Below are positions 45,421 to 48,423 of a DNA stretch of 48,423 nucleotides, piece by piece. Within the stretch, counting starts at the first letter, position 1. Each line of letters opens with the position of its first letter. The notes under the pieces are model-generated. The model saw only the letters and a program-made list of their open reading frames with translations, was not told the DNA's origin and searched no databases. A program made the position numbers and the translations under genes. Source of the DNA: Octopus sinensis (lineage: Eukaryota); assembly GCF_006345805.1 (NCBI RefSeq), contig NW_021834425.1:1-48423 (forward strand), in the 5' to 3' direction.

Positions 45421-46320
45421 ATTAATAAATATAAGGGTAGCAAAAAATTCTAGAAAAAACTCTCCGCTACCAGCGGTCCAGTGAGAAAGAAAAGAAGTCA
45501 AAGACTATATAATATACATCAAAAATATAAGGATGCCATAATAGGACATTCGACTCACTAGAAGAGCAGCAAACTCAAACCGCTAATAGCTGTAATTCTG
45601 AATTGAAAGAGAAATAAAAACGTTTACCCTTTCATCTCTGGACTATGCATAGTTTCGTCAAACTTTAGTAAACAAATTAATAAATTAAATTAAATTTATT
45701 TACAACTGGCGTGCCTCGTCAGCAGAGAAGCCAAGGACGAGCATATATCCACGAGGAGATGGTAAGGAAGCCTCAAGTGTATATGCTATAAACTTTCAAA
45801 ATCTACCACAATCGCGCGGTCTTCTCAGCAGTAAATATAAACTGCTGATTTAATTTCAAAATTAGCCAAAAAATCATTTTTCTCACAGGACTGCTGGTAG
45901 CGGGGAATTTTTTCTAGAATTTTTTGCTACCTTTATATTTATTAATTAATGATTTTTTTGGCTAATTTTGAAATTAAATCAGCAGTTTATATTTGCTGCT
46001 GAGAAGACCGCGCGATTGCGGTAGATTTCGAAAATTTATAGCATATACACTTGAGGCTTCCTTACCATCGCCTCGTGGATATATGCTCGTCCTTGGCTTC
46101 TCTGCTGACGAGGCACGCCAGTTGTAAATATATTTAATTTAATTTAATTAATTTGTTTACTAAAGTTTGACGAAACTATGCATAGTCCAGAGATGGAAGG
46201 GTGAACGTTTTTATTTCTCTTTCAATTTCAGAATTACAACTATTAGCGGTTTGAGTTTGGCTGCTCTTTCTAGTGAGTCGAATGTCTATTATGGCCATTC
46301 TTTATATTTTTGAATATATA
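45421..46320. repeat. A-B-A'-B' fold-back: ~370-bp palindrome arms around a 65-bp inverted copy of the element start
   Basis: 45512-45878 is the reverse complement of 45948-46318; the spacer 45882-45946 is the reverse complement of 45421-45486. Confidence 0.9.
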
Positions 46321-46367
46321 TATTATATATATATATATATATATATTATGCACATGTATGTATGTAT

Positions 46368-46770
46368 CTTCTATTTTTGATTATTATAAATCTTCCACTG
46401 AGGAGGGAACCGGTTTCTCACAAAGATACAAGGTTCCATCTTTCGGATGTAGTTAACACACACAAATTCACATTTGGAAATTGAGCAAGTCTTGCATACT
46501 TTTACTGTTCCAATCACAGACTGGACTTGTAAAGTACGAATCAGCCGGTCAATTTCTCTTTCTGAAAATCCCAGTTTTTTTCCAGATTCTCCCATAATCA
46601 TTTACTTACAAAACCTAGTGCTCCGATTATTATTGGCATGAATATGAATTCATAGTTTGGATATAGAAGCTAGAGGTTCCGAAGCAGTTGTCCATAGATA
46701 TCCTCTTTTTCTTTGATTTTCCTAGCGATATTTATATCTGCAAGGCGGTTGACCTATGATGGTCCCAAGT
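46368..46770 (-). mobile_element. 3' end of an RLE-type non-LTR retrotransposon at (CATA)n, copy 1
   Basis: ADINIARKIKEKEDIYGQLLRNL*LLYP...PIIIGALGFV...LEKLGFSEREIDRLIRTLQVQSVIGTVKVCKT, then a 3' UTR running into ATACATACATAC. Confidence 0.82.
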
Positions 46771-46785
46771 GTGTATGTATGTATG

Positions 46786-47302
46786 TCATTATTCAGTTTA
46801 TTTCAAGATTTCTTGTCAATAGAGAAAGAATCGGTTTCTAACCAAGATCCAAAGATCTCACATTGGGATTTCGACATCAACAACAAGGTATTTTTGTATG
46901 TATGTATGTATGTATGTATGTATGTATTTATTTACGTATGTATGTATGTATGTATGTATGTATGTATGTATGTATGTATGTATGAATGTATGCATGTATG
47001 TATGTATGTATGTATGTATGTATGTATGAATGTATGCATGTATGTATGTATGTATGTATGTATGTATGTATGTATGTGCAGATCTGTATGTTTTATGTAT
47101 GTATTCCCATGCATATAGTTGCATATCTAGACATGCTCATATATATTTAAATGATAAATTTCTGGAAAGTTTTACAGATTTTTACAGTTCCAGTGATGGA
47201 TTGGATCTGTAGTCTTCGAATTAGCTTTCTCCTTCCTGGTTTTGAGAAGCCTAATTTCTCAAGATTTGTATTTAGGCAGTGTGTTACATATCCCAGGGCC
47301 AT
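46786..47302 (-). mobile_element. 3' end of a related RLE-type element, copy 2, with a long (CATA)n inside its 3' UTR (46890-47075)
   Basis: ALGYVTHCLNTNLEKLGFSKPGRRKLIRRLQIQSITGTVKICKTFQKFII*; the 3' UTR ends AATAAACTGAATAATGA then CATACATAC. Confidence 0.82.
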
Positions 47303-47313
47303 ATGTATGTATG

Positions 47314-47424
47314 TCATTATTCAGTTTGTTTCAAGATTTCTTGCTTATAGAGAAAAAAACCTGTTTCTAACCTAGATCCAAAGCTCCTTCATTAGAATTT
47401 CAACACCAACAACATATATTTTTG
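47314..47424 (-). mobile_element. 3' UTR-only copy 3 of the same RLE-type family
   Basis: Matches 46786-46890; the same AACTGAATAATGA end into CATACATAC; followed on the plus strand by (TATG)n 47425-47555 and (TG)n. Confidence 0.8.
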
Positions 47425-47566
47425 TATGTATGTATGTATGTATGTATGTATGTATGTATGTATGTATGTATGTATGTACGTATTTATGTATCTATGTATT
47501 TATGTATGTATGTATGTATGTATGTATGTATGTATGTATGTATGTATGTATGTGTATGTGTGCGTG

Positions 47567-47608
<42 letters not shown>

Positions 47609-47617
47609 TCTCCTTCC

Positions 47618-47782
47618 TTCCCCCATCACTTGACCGCTAGTGTTTAGTTACGCCTCCGTAACTTAACAGTTCGGCAAAAGACCGATAGAATAAGAACCAG
47701 ACTGGGGTCGCTTTGTTCGACTAATTCCTTCAAGGTAGTGCTCCAGTATGGCCACGGTCCTATGACTGAAACAAATATTAAA
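47618..47782 (+). mobile_element. SINE family A, 3' half, diverged
   Basis: CGTAACTTAACAGTTCGGCAAAAGACCGATAGAATAAG...GTGCTCCAGTATGGCCAC...ATGACTGAAAC. Confidence 0.85.
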
Positions 47783-47829
47783 GGTTAACAGGGAATAAGA
47801 TTCGTAGTGTGTGTGTGTATTTGTTTGTG

Positions 47830-48187
47830 TATGCGTGTGTGCATGAAAGAGAGGAAGAGAGAGAGGGAGAGAGAGAGAACGTGAGAGCGAACGAGATAAC
47901 GAGAGAGAGAGAGGGGGGGGAGAACGAGAATGAGAACGAGAGAGCGATCGAGAGAACGCTGGAACGGGAGAGAGATAGAGAGAGCGAACGAAGAAAGAGA
48001 GAGAGAGCGAACGAGAGAGGAAGGGAAGGAGAACACGCGCGAAGGGAAGCGAGTGGAGAGAGAGAGAATGAGTGAGTGAGAGAGTAGAGTAGAATAAGAG
48101 AGAGAGAGAAAGAGGGAGAGTATGAGTTAAGAGAGAACGAGAGAGCGAATGAGAGAGTAGAGTGCAGACAGACAGAGAAAAACAGAG

Positions 48188-48221
<34 letters not shown>

Positions 48222-48275
48222 GGAGAAAGAGAGAGAAAGAGAGCGGAAGAAAGGAAAGAGAGAGAGAGAGAGTAT
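47830..48275. repeat. (GA)-rich polypurine tract with GAAC/GAGC variants
   Basis: Directly visible. Confidence 0.93.
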
Positions 48276-48423
48276 GAGTTACAACAGCCGTCAGCTGACA
48301 TCGTTAAGTTATCAAGTTAATTTTTGACTGAAATATTCACAGATGTTTTGCACATCTTGCTTGTAGTATTAGCAACTTCGGTATGGTGTAAGTGTTGCTA
48401 AACACGGTACATTTGACAAAACT

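Noticed and set aside
46165-46212. TTGACGA A ACTA(TGCA)TAGT...AACGTT as a fourth hammerhead
   Set aside because: About 16 extra nucleotides lie between stem II and the AAAC/GAAC, there is no proper GAAA and no stem I; kept only as part of the fold-back finding.
3055-48301. Dozens of ORFs such as [18 protein letters not shown], poly-N/I/L/E and SLSLSL
   Set aside because: They are translations of (TA)n, (TATG)n, (CA)n, (AAT)n, (GAA)n and (GA)n microsatellites, with no coding evidence.

Overview
Eukaryotic, repeat-dominated, non-coding DNA. It is most likely from an octopus or other coleoid cephalopod; this is inferred from my recollection of the tRNA-SINE and LINE families and was not checked by a search. 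No host protein-coding gene, tRNA, rRNA or CRISPR array can be supported, and most short ORFs in the track are microsatellite translations. Non-LTR elements: the 5' part of a decayed L1/Tx1-like LINE (1-2658); a nearly intact 5.3-kb CR1-like LINE (15586-20888) with a 3' fragment of a sister subfamily; three R4/Dong-like RLE retrotransposon copies, two of them ending in (AAT)n; and a stack of three other RLE-type 3' ends at (CATA)n. Other elements: about 20 tRNA-derived SINE copies of four families (my labels A-D), a piggyBac-type MITE and a Helitron-type non-autonomous element. A ~3.8-3.9 kb tandem triplication (33385-~44840) carries a deleted Tc1-like element (DD36E spacing) and fold-back repeats. 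Best leads: (1) minimal hammerhead-ribozyme-like motifs in three unrelated short repeats; (2) a SINE and the CR1-like LINE share a 3' tail whose hairpin shows compensatory changes; (3) the CR1-like LINE has a candidate spliceosomal intron in its 5' UTR and a Myb/SANT-like plus CCCH ORF1; (4) apparent (CATA)n-specific RLE retrotransposons. All structures were read by eye, and coordinates of degenerate ends are approximate.
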